DNA of 64,000 nucleotides, taken from NCBI GenBank assembly GCA_016201735.1, contig JACQCH010000017.1, positions 7,910 through 71,909 of the forward strand. Direction: 5' to 3'. The translations under genes were made by a program, and so were the position numbers. The notes beneath the pieces were generated by a model. The model ran no database searches. It was not told the DNA's origin and worked only from the letters and a program-made list of their open reading frames with translations. The stretch is from Candidatus Omnitrophota bacterium. Its GTDB lineage: Bacteria > Omnitrophota > Gorgyraeia > 1-14-0-20-64-10. Shown in pieces: positions 26,511 through 36,666 of the stretch (position 1 is its first letter; every line of letters begins with the position of its first letter).

Positions 26511-27611
26511 TTAGAAAACGGGACGGCGGACGCCGACGGAGAGGATCATCCCGACGGCGCCCAGGCAGGTGAGGAGCCAGGATCCTCCATAGCTTAAGAA
26601 CGGCAGGGGAAGCCCGACCACCGGCATCAGGCCCATCGTCATCCCAATGTTGACGACCAGGTGAGACGCCAATAGGGCCACCAACCCGACGATGAGCAGG
26701 CGGCCGAAGGGATCCCGGGTCTGGGTGGCGATCAGAATCGATCGATAGAAGAAAAAGGCGAATAACCCCAACAAGAGACTGGATCCTAAAAATCCCCATT
26801 CTTCGCCCACCACGGAGAAAATAAAATCGGTATGGCGCTCGGGCAGAAAGTTCAATTGGTTCTGTGTCCCGGCCAACCACCCTTTCCCTAACAAGCCGCC
26901 GGAGCCGATGGCGATCCGGGATTGGACCACCGTGTAGCCGGCACCGAGCGGATCCATGTTGGGATTCAAGAAAACCAGGAGCCGGGAACGCTGGTAATCG
27001 GCCAGACCCATCCATCCCAAAGGAACCAACGCGGCCCCCGCCGCGAGAAGGAGACCCAACACCTTAAGCCGGATTCCCCAAACCAGAAGCATGGCCAGCG
27101 CCATCGGGAGAAAGACGGAGGCGGTCCCCAGATTCGGCTCCCGCAGAATCAGAAACATCGGAACCGCAGCGAACAGGCCCGCGAAAATGAGAGCTCTCCA
27201 GCTTTGCTTGACCATCTCTCTTCTGGATCCGAGATACCGGGCCAAGGCCAGAACGGTCGTCACCTTGGCGAACTCGGACGGCTGAATGGTGAATCCCGCC
27301 AACGTCAGCCAGCGCTGGGCCCCGCCCCGCACGACCCCCATCTCCAACACCAACAACAGCAGGAGCAGATTCAGGCCGTAAAGCAGATAGGCCCATTCCA
27401 ACCAACGATGGTAATCCACCACCACCAGCAGGAGGGCCAGCAGCCCCCCCATGGCGGCCCAGCTCATCTGCCGGGTAAAGAAAGAGACTCCCGTCGCCTG
27501 GGCCTTCTGAAAGGATGCGCTGTAGAGGGTCAGAAACCCGACGGCCAAAAGAAGCAAGGCCGCCACCAGCAAAGGGCGATCGATTCCTCGGAGTTCCCGC
27601 CGCGTCAACAT
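26511..27611 (-). CDS. rodA: SEDS-family peptidoglycan glycosyltransferase RodA
   Basis: 366 aa from MLTRRELRGIDRPLL (start 27611, 1-nt overlap with mrdA stop); 10 TM; the upstream 224 codons of ORF 26511..28283 are antisense junk. Confidence 0.85.
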   Translation of the reverse strand: MLTRRELRGIDRPLLVAALLLLAVGFLTLYSASFQKAQATGVSFFTRQMSWAAMGGLLALLLVVVDYHRWLEWAYLLYGLNLLLLLLVLEMGVVRGGAQRWLTLAGFTIQPSEFAKVTTVLALARYLGSRREMVKQSWRALIFAGLFAAVPMFLILREPNLGTASVFLPMALAMLLVWGIRLKVLGLLLAAGAALVPLGWMGLADYQRSRLLVFLNPNMDPLGAGYTVVQSRIAIGSGGLLGKGWLAGTQNQLNFLPERHTDFIFSVVGEEWGFLGSSLLLGLFAFFFYRSILIATQTRDPFGRLLIVGLVALLASHLVVNIGMTMGLMPVVGLPLPFLSYGGSWLLTCLGAVGMILSVGVRRPVF

Positions 27612-29311
27612 TACAGGTACTCCAACTCCTTGAGATAGGCGAACAAATCCCTGGCCACCATCGCCGCGGACACCCCCCCCCTGCCTCCATGCTCCAAAAA
27701 CACCACGAGGCTCACCTTCGGATGTTCCACGGGAGCGTAACCCAGAAACCAGGCATGTGGAAGCCCTCTGGGATTCTGGGCTGTTCCGGTCTTTCCTGCC
27801 GCGTGGACTCCGGACACCTGCGCTAAACGCCCCGTTCCGGTCGGTGAGTTTACCACCCGCTCCAGCCCGATCTTCACCACCGACAAGGGTTCCGGTTCCA
27901 GGGAAAGCCGGGCCGGCTGAGGATGAGATTTCCCCTTCTCTCCCTCTACATCGGTGACGAGATGCGGCTGGGGAACCTTGCCGTCCTCCGCGATCACCGA
28001 CATCAAAACCAGCATCTGCAAAGGGGTCACTTGAAGCGGGCCCTGGCCGATGGCAAAGGAAATCGTATCCCCTTCCTGCCAGGAGGTGGGATGGTCGGGG
28101 ACAAACCCTTTGGATTCTTTTGGCAGGTCGATCCCGGTGGGAGACCCCAGCCCAAACAGATGCGCCGCCTGGGCGATCCCTTCCCTCCCCAAGCGGTGTC
28201 CCGTCTGATAAAAGAAAACGTTGCAGGAATGCTCGAGGGCATCCGTCACGGTCTGGGGGCCATGGCCCTCTTCCCTCCAACAATGGAAGAGCCCCCGGCC
28301 CAACTCAAAATAACCGGGGCAGACAAAGATCGTGTCGGGTCGAATCTTTCCGGCTTTCAGGGCCGCATAGGCGACGACCGGCTTAAAGATGGAACCGGGC
28401 GCCACGGCGGACCGAACCGCCCGGTTGAACATCGGCCGCTCCACCCCATGAAGGCTCGCGCGCACTTCCCGTTCACGGGCCGGATCAACGAAAGCATTCG
28501 GATCGAAGGAGGGAGTGGAGACGAGCGCCAGGATCTCTCCGGTGTCCGGATTCATGACCACGACGGCGCCCGAGATCCCTTTCAATAAATGATGGCAAAA
28601 GGCCTGCACCCGGCCATCCAGGGAGGTGGTCACCGCCCGTCCCCGTTGAGGTACGAGAAACCCAATCTGCCGAACCAGTCTTCCCCGGTTGTCCACCTCC
28701 ACTTGGAGTCCGCCGTCGCGCCCCCGCAGGACGGAGTCGTACTCCTGTTCCAGCCCCTCTTTGCCCACGAAATCACGGAAGGTGTAGCCGTACGATTGAA
28801 GGTGGGTCAGCTCTTCCGGCGCGATCAGTCCCACGTAGCCGGCCACCGATCCCAATGCCGGGCCGTCGCGGTAGGTCCGCCGAGGAACCGGCCGCACAAA
28901 AACGCCCGGAAGCTGAGCTCGTCTCTCTTCTAAGAGAAAGGCGGTTTCCGATGGAACGCTCCGAACCAATGGAACGGGAGCGAAGGGACCCTGATATCCT
29001 TTCCGATACCGGCTTGAAAGCTCCTTGGCGGAAATTCTCACCAACGATTCAAGGCGGGTCCAGGTCTGCCCAGGATCCTTCAGATCCTGAGGAAAGATGG
29101 TGAGTTCGAAGCTTAAGCGGTCCTCAGCAAGGGGAACTCCGTTCCGGTCAAGGATGGCCCCGCGGGCGGCGGGCAGATGAATCAGCCGGATCCGGTTTTT
29201 CTCCGCCTGCTGCTGGAATCTCCCCCCCTGGGGGATCTGCAGGGTAAAAAGCCCTGCCCAGATTAAGATCAACCCGCCGGCAATCAATCGCTGCAGGATC
29301 AGAAGCCGCAT
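27611..29311 (-). CDS. mrdA: penicillin-binding protein 2 (elongasome transpeptidase)
   Basis: 566 aa; PBP dimerisation + transpeptidase domains (SIFKP, SCN, KTGTA motifs: GSIFKPVVAYAAL, HSCNVFFY, AGKTGTAQ). Confidence 0.9.
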   Translation of the reverse strand: MRLLILQRLIAGGLILIWAGLFTLQIPQGGRFQQQAEKNRIRLIHLPAARGAILDRNGVPLAEDRLSFELTIFPQDLKDPGQTWTRLESLVRISAKELSSRYRKGYQGPFAPVPLVRSVPSETAFLLEERRAQLPGVFVRPVPRRTYRDGPALGSVAGYVGLIAPEELTHLQSYGYTFRDFVGKEGLEQEYDSVLRGRDGGLQVEVDNRGRLVRQIGFLVPQRGRAVTTSLDGRVQAFCHHLLKGISGAVVVMNPDTGEILALVSTPSFDPNAFVDPAREREVRASLHGVERPMFNRAVRSAVAPGSIFKPVVAYAALKAGKIRPDTIFVCPGYFELGRGLFHCWREEGHGPQTVTDALEHSCNVFFYQTGHRLGREGIAQAAHLFGLGSPTGIDLPKESKGFVPDHPTSWQEGDTISFAIGQGPLQVTPLQMLVLMSVIAEDGKVPQPHLVTDVEGEKGKSHPQPARLSLEPEPLSVVKIGLERVVNSPTGTGRLAQVSGVHAAGKTGTAQNPRGLPHAWFLGYAPVEHPKVSLVVFLEHGGRGGVSAAMVARDLFAYLKELEYL

Positions 29312-29797
29312 TTAACGAAGGATTCGTTGGAGTCTCGGAAACCCCCAGGCCGCGCAGATCCCGTTGACCCCCATGGCGACCGGGAGAGTCCAGAGAACCC
29401 ACCGGTTCCACGCAACTGCCGGGTCCGCCAGGGTAAGGAGACCTCCAAACAGAATCCCGCTGGCTCCGCTTAAGATTCCCGCCACAATCCCTTGGACCAG
29501 CGGGTCCTCCCGTTCCACCAGATGCCGGGTCGAGTTTAAGATCCAGCCGATCAGCCCAAAGGTGCAGGCGAAACCCCCCAAGAGGGAACCGGTCCCTAAA
29601 TCCCGAAGGAACCCTAATCCCATTCCGATCGCCCAAAGAAACCTGCCGGAAGGAAGACGGAATCCAAGGAAGATCAACAACAGCAGGAGCGGATCCACCA
29701 CCCAGCGCAGAAGCGGAACCCGGGAAAGAAACAGAAGGTCAACCCCCCAGAAAAGGAAGATCCAAAAGGGGAGGGAATGGGTGATCCGTTCACTCAC
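29312..29797 (-). CDS. mreD: rod shape-determining protein MreD
   Basis: 161 aa polytopic membrane protein immediately downstream of mreC. Confidence 0.65.
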   Translation of the reverse strand: MSERITHSLPFWIFLFWGVDLLFLSRVPLLRWVVDPLLLLLIFLGFRLPSGRFLWAIGMGLGFLRDLGTGSLLGGFACTFGLIGWILNSTRHLVEREDPLVQGIVAGILSGASGILFGGLLTLADPAVAWNRWVLWTLPVAMGVNGICAAWGFPRLQRILR

Positions 29798-30497
29798 TGT
29801 CGTTCTGCCGGACGATCAGGATCTCCTCCAAAGAGCCGGCCTGGACGGCCGGCCGGATCCTGGAGATAAGGAACATGTTCGAGGCATCGATGCGGGCTTT
29901 TCCGGCCGAACCGATCAGGACCCCATCCGGGCAGAAGCTTCTTCCACCGCTGGTGAGTACCTTCTCCCCTTCCTTGATTTCAGCGTTGAGAGGAAGATAG
30001 GTGAGAAGGCACTCCCCGGAAGAGGTCCCGGTTGCCAGCCCCGAGATCCTGGAAGGAGAAAGGGTCGCCGCCACCCTGAAATGGGAGTCGGTCGTCAGAA
30101 TCACCCGGCTGGCCGAAGGCCCCACTTCGCTCACCCGCCCCACCAGCCCCACCTCGGTGATCACCGCCATTCCACTCTTTAGGCCGTCCCGCGCCCCTTT
30201 GTCCACCAAGAGAGTGCGGGACCAAAGATTCAGCTCATGACCGATCACTTCCGCCGGGATCAAAACCCAGGGGGATCTTTTCCTGAAACCGATCAGGGCC
30301 CGCAGGCGTTCATTCTCCTGAGAAAGCTGCCGGTGGGTTTCCTCGTGCGCGGCGGCGGCGGCGAGCTGATTCCGAAGGCGGCGGTCCTCCTCGAGCAGGA
30401 AAGGTCCTTTCAAGAATCCAAAGAGGAGCCGTTGAAAACCGATCCGGCCCGCCTGGAACCCTTCAAAAACCGGCTTCAACCCCTCCACGACGTTCAT
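29790..30497 (-). CDS. mreC: rod shape-determining protein MreC
   Basis: 235 aa; N-terminal TM, coiled coil, beta domains; between mreB and mreD. Confidence 0.8.
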   Translation of the reverse strand: MNVVEGLKPVFEGFQAGRIGFQRLLFGFLKGPFLLEEDRRLRNQLAAAAAHEETHRQLSQENERLRALIGFRKRSPWVLIPAEVIGHELNLWSRTLLVDKGARDGLKSGMAVITEVGLVGRVSEVGPSASRVILTTDSHFRVAATLSPSRISGLATGTSSGECLLTYLPLNAEIKEGEKVLTSGGRSFCPDGVLIGSAGKARIDASNMFLISRIRPAVQAGSLEEILIVRQNDSE

Positions 30498-30600
30498 CCG
30501 CAGAGAGGAAGCTCCAGGACGAGACTGCAGGACGGGAAGCCAAAAAGGAGAGGCGACGAGAACTACCAGGACGGCAAACCGTTCAAGCTTGGGTCGCGTG

Positions 30601-31644
30601 TTAAGATTCGCTCCAGGTGGAGGTTGAAGTGCTGGTGATCTTGCGAAGAGTTTTCAAATCGGAAAGATACTTGCCGGTGCCTAAGGCCACCGCGGTGATC
30701 GGATCATCGGCCAGATGAAACGGCAGGCCGGTCTCTTCCGACAGGAGCCGATCAACTCCTCTCAACAGAGACCCCCCGCCGGCCAACACCACCCCCCGCT
30801 CGATCAAGTCCGCGGACAACTCCGGCGGAGTCCGTTCCAAGGTCAACCGGACCGCCTCCAGGATCTGCGCCAGCGGTTCCGCCAAGGCCTCCCGGATCTC
30901 TTCCGAAGAGACCGTCACCATCTTGGGTAACCCGGCCACCAGGTCACGCCCCCGAACCTCCATGGTGACTTCCTGCTCCAGAGGATAGGCGGACCCGATC
31001 TTCAATTTGATTTCCTCGGCCGTCCGCTCCCCGATCATCAAGTTGTAGGTTTTCTTCAAATGCTGGATGATCGCCTCATCCAGCTCATCCCCGCCGACCC
31101 GGATCGACTTGGAGAAAACGATGTCCGAAAGAGAGATCACCGCGATCTCCGTCGTGCCGCCGCCGATGTCAACGATCATGTTCCCGGCCGGCTCATGGAT
31201 CGGCAGGCCCACCCCGATCGCCGCCGCCACCGGCTCCGGAACCAGATGGACCTCCCGAGCCCCCGCGTGAAGGGCCGAATCCCGCACCGCCCGTTTTTCC
31301 ACCTCGGTGATTCCGGAGGGGATGGCGATGACCATCCGGGGACGAACCAAAACCCGGTGATTGTGGACCTTCTTGATGAAGTAACGCAGCATCGCCTCGG
31401 TCACTTCGAAATCGGCGATCACTCCGTCTTTCATCGGGCGGATGGCGAGGATGGAACCGGGGGTCCGGCCCAGCATTCGCTTGGCCTCTTCTCCGACGGC
31501 CAACACCCCGTTCCCGTTGCGTTGGATGGCGACCACGGACGGCTCGCACAGGACGATCCCCTGCCCTTTGACGAAGACCAGGGTCGTCGCAGTCCCCAGG
31601 TCGATCCCCATATCATTGGAGAACATCCCCAGGAGACTGCTCAT
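30601..31644 (-). CDS. mreB: rod shape-determining actin homolog MreB
   Basis: Start at ATG 31644 gives [32 protein letters not shown], matching canonical MreB N-terminus; ORF-track start 31713 is a TTG extension. Confidence 0.9.
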   Translation of the reverse strand: MSSLLGMFSNDMGIDLGTATTLVFVKGQGIVLCEPSVVAIQRNGNGVLAVGEEAKRMLGRTPGSILAIRPMKDGVIADFEVTEAMLRYFIKKVHNHRVLVRPRMVIAIPSGITEVEKRAVRDSALHAGAREVHLVPEPVAAAIGVGLPIHEPAGNMIVDIGGGTTEIAVISLSDIVFSKSIRVGGDELDEAIIQHLKKTYNLMIGERTAEEIKLKIGSAYPLEQEVTMEVRGRDLVAGLPKMVTVSSEEIREALAEPLAQILEAVRLTLERTPPELSADLIERGVVLAGGGSLLRGVDRLLSEETGLPFHLADDPITAVALGTGKYLSDLKTLRKITSTSTSTWSES

Positions 31645-31728
31645 CGCATCACCGCGCCACTCATGATTGTTTTCAGGCATCGGAAGGTGGGTATCCAGTT
31701 TCCATTGTAGCAATGGGGGCGAGGGGTG

Positions 31729-33111
31729 TCAACGGCGAATCGACTCTAAGATCTCGACGAATTCGGGGAAGGAGATATCGATCCACTCCGCCCCCTCGAT
31801 CGTGGTCTGCCCTTTCGCCGCCAACCCGGCCACGGCCAGCGCCATGGCGGTCCGATGATCGTTGAAACTTTTGACCCGGGCCCCTTTCAAGGGAACGGGC
31901 CCTTCAATCCGGATCTCATCTCCCTCGGCCTGAATCTTGGCTCCCATCGCCGTCAGACCCGTCGCCATCGAAACAATCCGATCGGCCTCCTTGACCCGGA
32001 GCTCCCCCGCTCCTTGAATCAGGGTGATCCCTTGGGCTTGAGTCGCGGCCACCATCAGGATCGGAAGCTCATCAATCAGCCCTGGAATCGCCGCCGGGCC
32101 GACCCGAATCCCTTTGAGCGGCGCATGGCTCACCGTCACATCCCCGACCGGCTCCCAGGAGTCCACGTCATGGCTGCGGTTAGAGGAGACCGCACCATTT
32201 CTAAGCTCTAGGTCATTGCGAGCGACCAACGGGAGTGAAGCAATCTCGCTTTTAACATTCGCCCCCATTTGCTTCAACATCTCCAAGAAGCCGGTCCGGG
32301 TCGGATTCAGGCCGACTTGACGGACCGTCACGGAGGATCCGGGAACGATCGCCGCGGCCGCGAGGAAGAAGGCGGCGCTGGAAATATCCCCGGGGATGGT
32401 GAGATCTTTCCCCTTCAGTTCCGGGCCGGGAACCAGGGTGATCTCCGGGCCTTCCCTTTTAATCTGCGCTCCGAAATGCTCAAGCATCCGCTCGGTATGG
32501 TCCCGGGTGGGGATCGGCTCGACGACCGTCGTGGGTTCCTTCGCGTAGAGAGCTGCCAGCAGGAGAGCCGATTTGACCTGTGCCGAGGGAACCGGAAGCG
32601 TGTAGAGGATCCCATGCAGACCTCCGCCCCGGACCGTGAGCGGCAGATGATCCGCCCCATCCGGCCCTTGGATATCCGCCCCCATCTTCCCGAGAGGTTC
32701 GGTAACGCGGCGCATCGGCCGCTGGGAGAGAGAAGCATCCCCGCTTAAAGTCGCAGAGAAAGATTGCCCGGCCAGCAGTCCCAAGAGGAGCCGTGTCGTC
32801 GTCCCGGAATTGCCCATCTCCAGGGGGGAGGAGGGAGTTTTAAAACCGTAGAGCCCGCGGCCCTCGATAACGACCCTCTCGGCTTCCTCTTGGATCCGGA
32901 TCCCGAGAGCCCGGAGGGCCCGCCGCGTCGATTCATTGTCTTCCGATTCCAGGCAATGATCGATCCGTGTTGTCCCTTGGCTGACCGCGCCCAAGAGCAG
33001 GGCCCGGTGAGAAATCGATTTGTCTCCCGGAAGGGACAGTTCCCCTCGGAGAGAATGAGCCGGAGAGATCGTCAGGTGTGCCATGTGGATGAGGGAACCA
33101 ATTCCGTTCAC
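31729..33111 (-). CDS. aroA: 3-phosphoshikimate 1-carboxyvinyltransferase (EPSP synthase) carrying ~90-bp in-frame repeat insertion
   Basis: 460 aa; LPGDKSISHRALLLGA, EPSPS fold motifs; extra segment SLPLVARNDLELRNGAVSSNRSHDVDSW coincides with repeat at 32161..32250. Confidence 0.85.
   Translation of the reverse strand: MNGIGSLIHMAHLTISPAHSLRGELSLPGDKSISHRALLLGAVSQGTTRIDHCLESEDNESTRRALRALGIRIQEEAERVVIEGRGLYGFKTPSSPLEMGNSGTTTRLLLGLLAGQSFSATLSGDASLSQRPMRRVTEPLGKMGADIQGPDGADHLPLTVRGGGLHGILYTLPVPSAQVKSALLLAALYAKEPTTVVEPIPTRDHTERMLEHFGAQIKREGPEITLVPGPELKGKDLTIPGDISSAAFFLAAAAIVPGSSVTVRQVGLNPTRTGFLEMLKQMGANVKSEIASLPLVARNDLELRNGAVSSNRSHDVDSWEPVGDVTVSHAPLKGIRVGPAAIPGLIDELPILMVAATQAQGITLIQGAGELRVKEADRIVSMATGLTAMGAKIQAEGDEIRIEGPVPLKGARVKSFNDHRTAMALAVAGLAAKGQTTIEGAEWIDISFPEFVEILESIRR
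32161..32250. repeat. composite REP-like insertion inside aroA (sub-repeat of MITE family + GGTCATTGCGAG...GAAGCAATC hairpin)
   Basis: ~85% identity over ~54 bp to reverse complement of 26078..26130; second half resembles hairpin in obg tail (4955..4990). Confidence 0.55.
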
Positions 33112-33165
33112 CCTGAGTCCCCGATCGAGTCGGGGGCAAGCTTTGTCGAAGGGTGAATGGATATG

Positions 33166-33969
33166 CTACGAAGTCAGGCGGACGAGGTCTCCCTCTTTGA
33201 CCTGACCCTTTTTCTCCTCGGTCAGGAGAGTCGCGGCGGACATCGTTTCGTAAAGCTTCTCGACCTGGGCCTTGCCGATCGCCTTACCTCCCCGCCACAA
33301 AGAGAGCTGATCGCCGATCTTCAGTCCCTCTTTGGAGCCCAGATTGACCACGACAAAATTAAAATCCCGGTTGACCACCAACACTTTTCCTTCCAAGGGG
33401 CTTGAGGATTGAGAAGGAGCGGGGATTAAGTCTGTGTTAGTCGAACGGGTGGGCTTGACGACGATCTTCTCCGCTTCCTGGGCCTGGAGGGAGAGCATCT
33501 CCTTCACCCGCCGCTCCAGCGCCTCCTTTGCCTGGCGCAGGGTAGTCAGCTCATTGCTCAAGGCCTGGTAGCTTTGCTTGGCCTTGGCCAGATCCTCGGT
33601 TAAGTTCTCCTTCTCCTTCTCTGTGTTGCTGACCTGCTCGTTCCGATCGGTCAAATCCCGGCGGGTCTGAGCCAATTCCGTGGTGAGGGACTCCCGGGCC
33701 TTCTTCTCCTGGGCGAACTGCTGGGCCAGATCCTTGGCCTGGGACATGGTGTCCTTCAACTGCCCCTCGAGCGATTCCTTGGTCTTGACCAGCTCGTCCC
33801 GTTCCTCCTGCAGAGCGTCCCGGGCCTTGGTGATCTTGTCCAACTGCCCCTCCAGCCAGATCCGCTTGGTCCGCTCGGCGTTGCGGCCCAGCGCAAAATT
33901 CACCGCGGACAAGGTGGATAGGATCAGCGCCACGAACAAAACGATTGTTCCAACCGATGGCTTCTTCAT
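33166..33969 (-). CDS. hypothetical secreted/anchored coiled-coil protein
   Basis: 267 aa; N-terminal hydrophobic segment, long coiled coil, C-terminal beta-rich domain (LVVNRDFNFVVVNLGSKEGLKIGDQL). Confidence 0.35.
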   Translation of the reverse strand: MKKPSVGTIVLFVALILSTLSAVNFALGRNAERTKRIWLEGQLDKITKARDALQEERDELVKTKESLEGQLKDTMSQAKDLAQQFAQEKKARESLTTELAQTRRDLTDRNEQVSNTEKEKENLTEDLAKAKQSYQALSNELTTLRQAKEALERRVKEMLSLQAQEAEKIVVKPTRSTNTDLIPAPSQSSSPLEGKVLVVNRDFNFVVVNLGSKEGLKIGDQLSLWRGGKAIGKAQVEKLYETMSAATLLTEEKKGQVKEGDLVRLTS

Positions 33970-34006
33970 GAGTATGGTCGGAATTTATCACACGCCGATT
34001 CGATTA

Positions 34007-34921
34007 TCAAGGGAAAAGAGCCGCAGCTTGGGCCAGGTCCTCCGGCCAGGGAGATTGGAATTCGACCCAGCGGCCGGAATGGGGATGATTGAATCCGAGC
34101 CGATGGGCGTGGAGGGCCTGCCGGGGAAATCCTGCCCTGAGCCCAGTCGAAGGGCCGGCCTGAACCCCGTACCGGGTATCCCCCAGGATCGGGTGCCCCA
34201 AGTGGGCCAGGTGAACCCGGAGCTGATGAGTCCGGCCGGTCTGCGGGGTCAGCTCCAGGAAAGTGGCGGTGGAGAATCTTTTTAGGACCCGGTAGCGGGT
34301 CACGGCGTCCCGGGTCGCGTCGTACCGGACCGCCATCCGCTGGCGCTTCACTGGATGCCGCCCGATGGGAGCGTCAATCACCCCCTCCTGCCGCCGCACC
34401 AAACCCTGAACCAGCGCCAAGTAAACCCGATGGACTTTCCGGGAGGCGAACTGCTCGCTCAAATGCCGGTGCGTGGCGTCGTCCTTCGCCACCAGAAGCA
34501 GGCCGGAGGTGTCCTTGTCCAGCCGATGAACGATTCCCGGCTTGAACGGCCCCGCCACCGACGAGAGGCGGCCGCCGTGAGCCAGCAGGGCGTTGACCAG
34601 GGTGCCGGAAGGATTCCCTGCCGCCGGGTGAACCACCAGCCCCGCCGGCTTGTTGACGACGAGAAGATATTTGTCCTCGTAGACGATCTTTAACGGGATC
34701 GGCTCCGGCTTTAGGTTCATCGGAGCCGGCGGAGGAATTTCGATGGACAGTTTCTTCCCCGGAATGATCCGGTGAGACGGCTTGACCGATTTGCCGTCGA
34801 CCTGGATGTGCCCCCCGGAAATAAGTTTCTGGATCTGGGCCCGGGAAGAGTCGGGGAGGATCACCGTCAGGTACCGGTCGAGACGCTGAGGAATCGCGTC
34901 CGGGGGGATGGTAAGGGTCAT
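34007..34921 (-). CDS. rluD: 23S rRNA pseudouridine synthase, RluA/RluD family
   Basis: 304 aa; S4 domain N-terminus, catalytic LLVVNKPAGLVVHP and HRLDKDTSGLLL motifs. Confidence 0.85.
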   Translation of the reverse strand: MTLTIPPDAIPQRLDRYLTVILPDSSRAQIQKLISGGHIQVDGKSVKPSHRIIPGKKLSIEIPPPAPMNLKPEPIPLKIVYEDKYLLVVNKPAGLVVHPAAGNPSGTLVNALLAHGGRLSSVAGPFKPGIVHRLDKDTSGLLLVAKDDATHRHLSEQFASRKVHRVYLALVQGLVRRQEGVIDAPIGRHPVKRQRMAVRYDATRDAVTRYRVLKRFSTATFLELTPQTGRTHQLRVHLAHLGHPILGDTRYGVQAGPSTGLRAGFPRQALHAHRLGFNHPHSGRWVEFQSPWPEDLAQAAALFP

Positions 34922-35709
34922 TTCGACGAGCGAAGCGAGGAGAAATCTCGATTTTTAGAGCGGGATTTCTCGGCCTGGCGGCCTCGAAATGACTTAAAGA
35001 GTAGCCACCCGCATGTGAGCGCTAAAGGAATGCTCGCCCATTGGAACGCGGTCAAACCGCAGGCCGCCGCCGGATTGTCTCCCCGGAGGAACTCGATGAA
35101 GAATCGCCAGATTCCGTAAGAGAATCCGTAGATCAAGAAGACGGTTCCTGGCCTGGGACGCCGGCGCTCCACGGCTTTCAGCAGAAAGAATAGAAGAATC
35201 AGCGCTCCCGATTCATAAAGCTGGGTCGGATGACGCGGGACGGTTTCCGGTGGGAAAACTACCGCCCAAGGAACCGAGGACGGTTTCCCGTAGCAGCAGC
35301 CATTAAGGAAGCAGCCGATCCGGCCGATCGCGTGGGCCAGCACGAGCGGCGGCACCATCAGATCCACGGTGATCCAGAGAGGGAGTTGGGCCTTCCTTAC
35401 AGTCCAGATTCCAGTGAGGATCCCCCCTGCCAATCCGCCGTAGAAGACGAGCCCTCCATGATCCAGCCGAATGATTTCCAGAAGGTTGGAGCGAAACGCC
35501 GCCCAATTCAGCGCCACGTAAGCGGCCCGGGCTCCCGCGATCCCACCGAGAAGGACAACGACTCCCAGCGTCTGGATCTGGGTGGGATTCAAGCCCAGAC
35601 GCAGGGCCCGCCGGGCCGCGAGACGGATCGCCCCCAGGAACCCCAAAGCCAGCATTAGGCCGTAGCTGTAGAAGGTGAACGGCCCCCAACGAAATAGGAT
35701 TGGGTGCAT
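34918..35709 (-). CDS. lgt: prolipoprotein diacylglyceryl transferase
   Basis: Start MHPILFRWGPFTFYSYGLMLALGF (ATG 35709); Lgt signature HPTQLYES; upstream part of ORF-track ORF overlaps palindromic repeat. Confidence 0.85.
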   Translation of the reverse strand: MHPILFRWGPFTFYSYGLMLALGFLGAIRLAARRALRLGLNPTQIQTLGVVVLLGGIAGARAAYVALNWAAFRSNLLEIIRLDHGGLVFYGGLAGGILTGIWTVRKAQLPLWITVDLMVPPLVLAHAIGRIGCFLNGCCYGKPSSVPWAVVFPPETVPRHPTQLYESGALILLFFLLKAVERRRPRPGTVFLIYGFSYGIWRFFIEFLRGDNPAAACGLTAFQWASIPLALTCGWLLFKSFRGRQAEKSRSKNRDFSSLRSSK

Positions 35710-35720
35710 CGGACAATCCC

Positions 35721-35790
35721 CCGTTCGTGCTGAGCCTGTCGAAGCACGAACCTCCATTAGTTCACCCTTCGACAAGCTCAGGGTGAACGG
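35721..35790. repeat. 70-bp nested-palindrome REP-like element occupying the lspA-lgt intercistronic gap
   Basis: CCGTTCGTGCTGAGCCTGTCGAAGCACGAAC ... TTCACCCTTCGACAAGCTCAGGGTGAACGG; two hairpins that are also mutually complementary; same family as 1078..1110 and 52932..53009. Confidence 0.6.
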
Positions 35791-35797
35791 TTCTATT

Positions 35798-36232
35798 CTA
35801 TCTCCGTCGCAAAAGATTCCAGGCGATCAGTACCGCTCCGATCGTGATGCAGCTGTCGGCCACGTTAAAAACGGGCCAGATCCGGAAATCCAGGAAGTCG
35901 ATCACCCCTCCGACCCGGACCCGGTCGATCAGGTTCCCGACCGCCCCTCCGAAGATCAACCCCAGCGCAAGGTTGTTCCATCGGCTGCTTCCCTGCCCCC
36001 GGACGGCGGAAAAGAGCAGTCCCACGACCACCGCCGTCGTCGCCAGGGCGATCGGGAAACTGTAGCCGCTGAACAATCCGAAGGCGACCCCGGGATTGCG
36101 CAAATAGGTCAGATGAAAAACACCCGGAAGAATCGGAACCGAAGGAGAACCGGAAAGGGTTCGGACCACCAGGAACTTGGTGCCCTGATCCAGGAGGATG
36201 ATCCCGAGAGACAAAAGAAGGATTTGGGTCAA
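35798..36232 (-). CDS. lspA: lipoprotein signal peptidase II
   Basis: 144 aa; four TM, conserved NxGxAFG-like (NPGVAFGLF) and FNVAD motifs. Confidence 0.85.
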   Translation of the reverse strand: MTQILLLSLGIILLDQGTKFLVVRTLSGSPSVPILPGVFHLTYLRNPGVAFGLFSGYSFPIALATTAVVVGLLFSAVRGQGSSRWNNLALGLIFGGAVGNLIDRVRVGGVIDFLDFRIWPVFNVADSCITIGAVLIAWNLLRRR

Positions 36233-36246
36233 CCTTTGAAGCGTTC

Positions 36247-36666
36247 TTAGCCGCGATCTTCCGGCGGCAGCCCGGAGGAGGGAGCGACCCCGCGGCGCTT
36301 GGTCTCCTCCTTCGACTGGCAGGCGATGCAGAGACTGGCGTACGGGATCGCCGTCAGGCGCCTCCGGTTGATTGGCTTGCCGCAGGTCAAGCAGTCGCCG
36401 AACCGCTTCTCCTGCACTCGCTTCAACGCCTCATCAATTTCGTACAGGATGGACTGGGCGTTGGTGGCCAGACCGAGGGAGAATTCCCGGTCGTAGCTGT
36501 CGGTGGCGATGTCGGCCATGTGCAGGGTGTAGCCGGACAGATCCCCGGAGGCATCCCGCTGGGACTTGCTCAGGGTATCCTTCTCGATGTGCTTCATCGC
36601 CTGAAGGACCTCCTCTTTCTTCTTGAGGAGCAGTTTTTTGTATCGGTCCAGATCTTTCTTGGTCAC
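36247..36666 (-). CDS. DksA/TraR-family C4 zinc-finger transcription factor (GTG start)
   Basis: 139 aa; coiled-coil N-region, CLTCGKPI...CIACQ zinc finger; GTG start embedded in GGAGGGGCGGGGTGA motif. Confidence 0.7.
   Translation of the reverse strand: MTKKDLDRYKKLLLKKKEEVLQAMKHIEKDTLSKSQRDASGDLSGYTLHMADIATDSYDREFSLGLATNAQSILYEIDEALKRVQEKRFGDCLTCGKPINRRRLTAIPYASLCIACQSKEETKRRGVAPSSGLPPEDRG

Noticed and set aside
26511-28283. 590-aa ORF suggesting RodA has a 224-aa N-terminal extension
   Set aside because: The extension is Arg/Gly/Pro-rich antisense of mrdA. The canonical RodA N-terminus MLTRRELRGIDRPLL begins at 27611, exactly at the mrdA stop.
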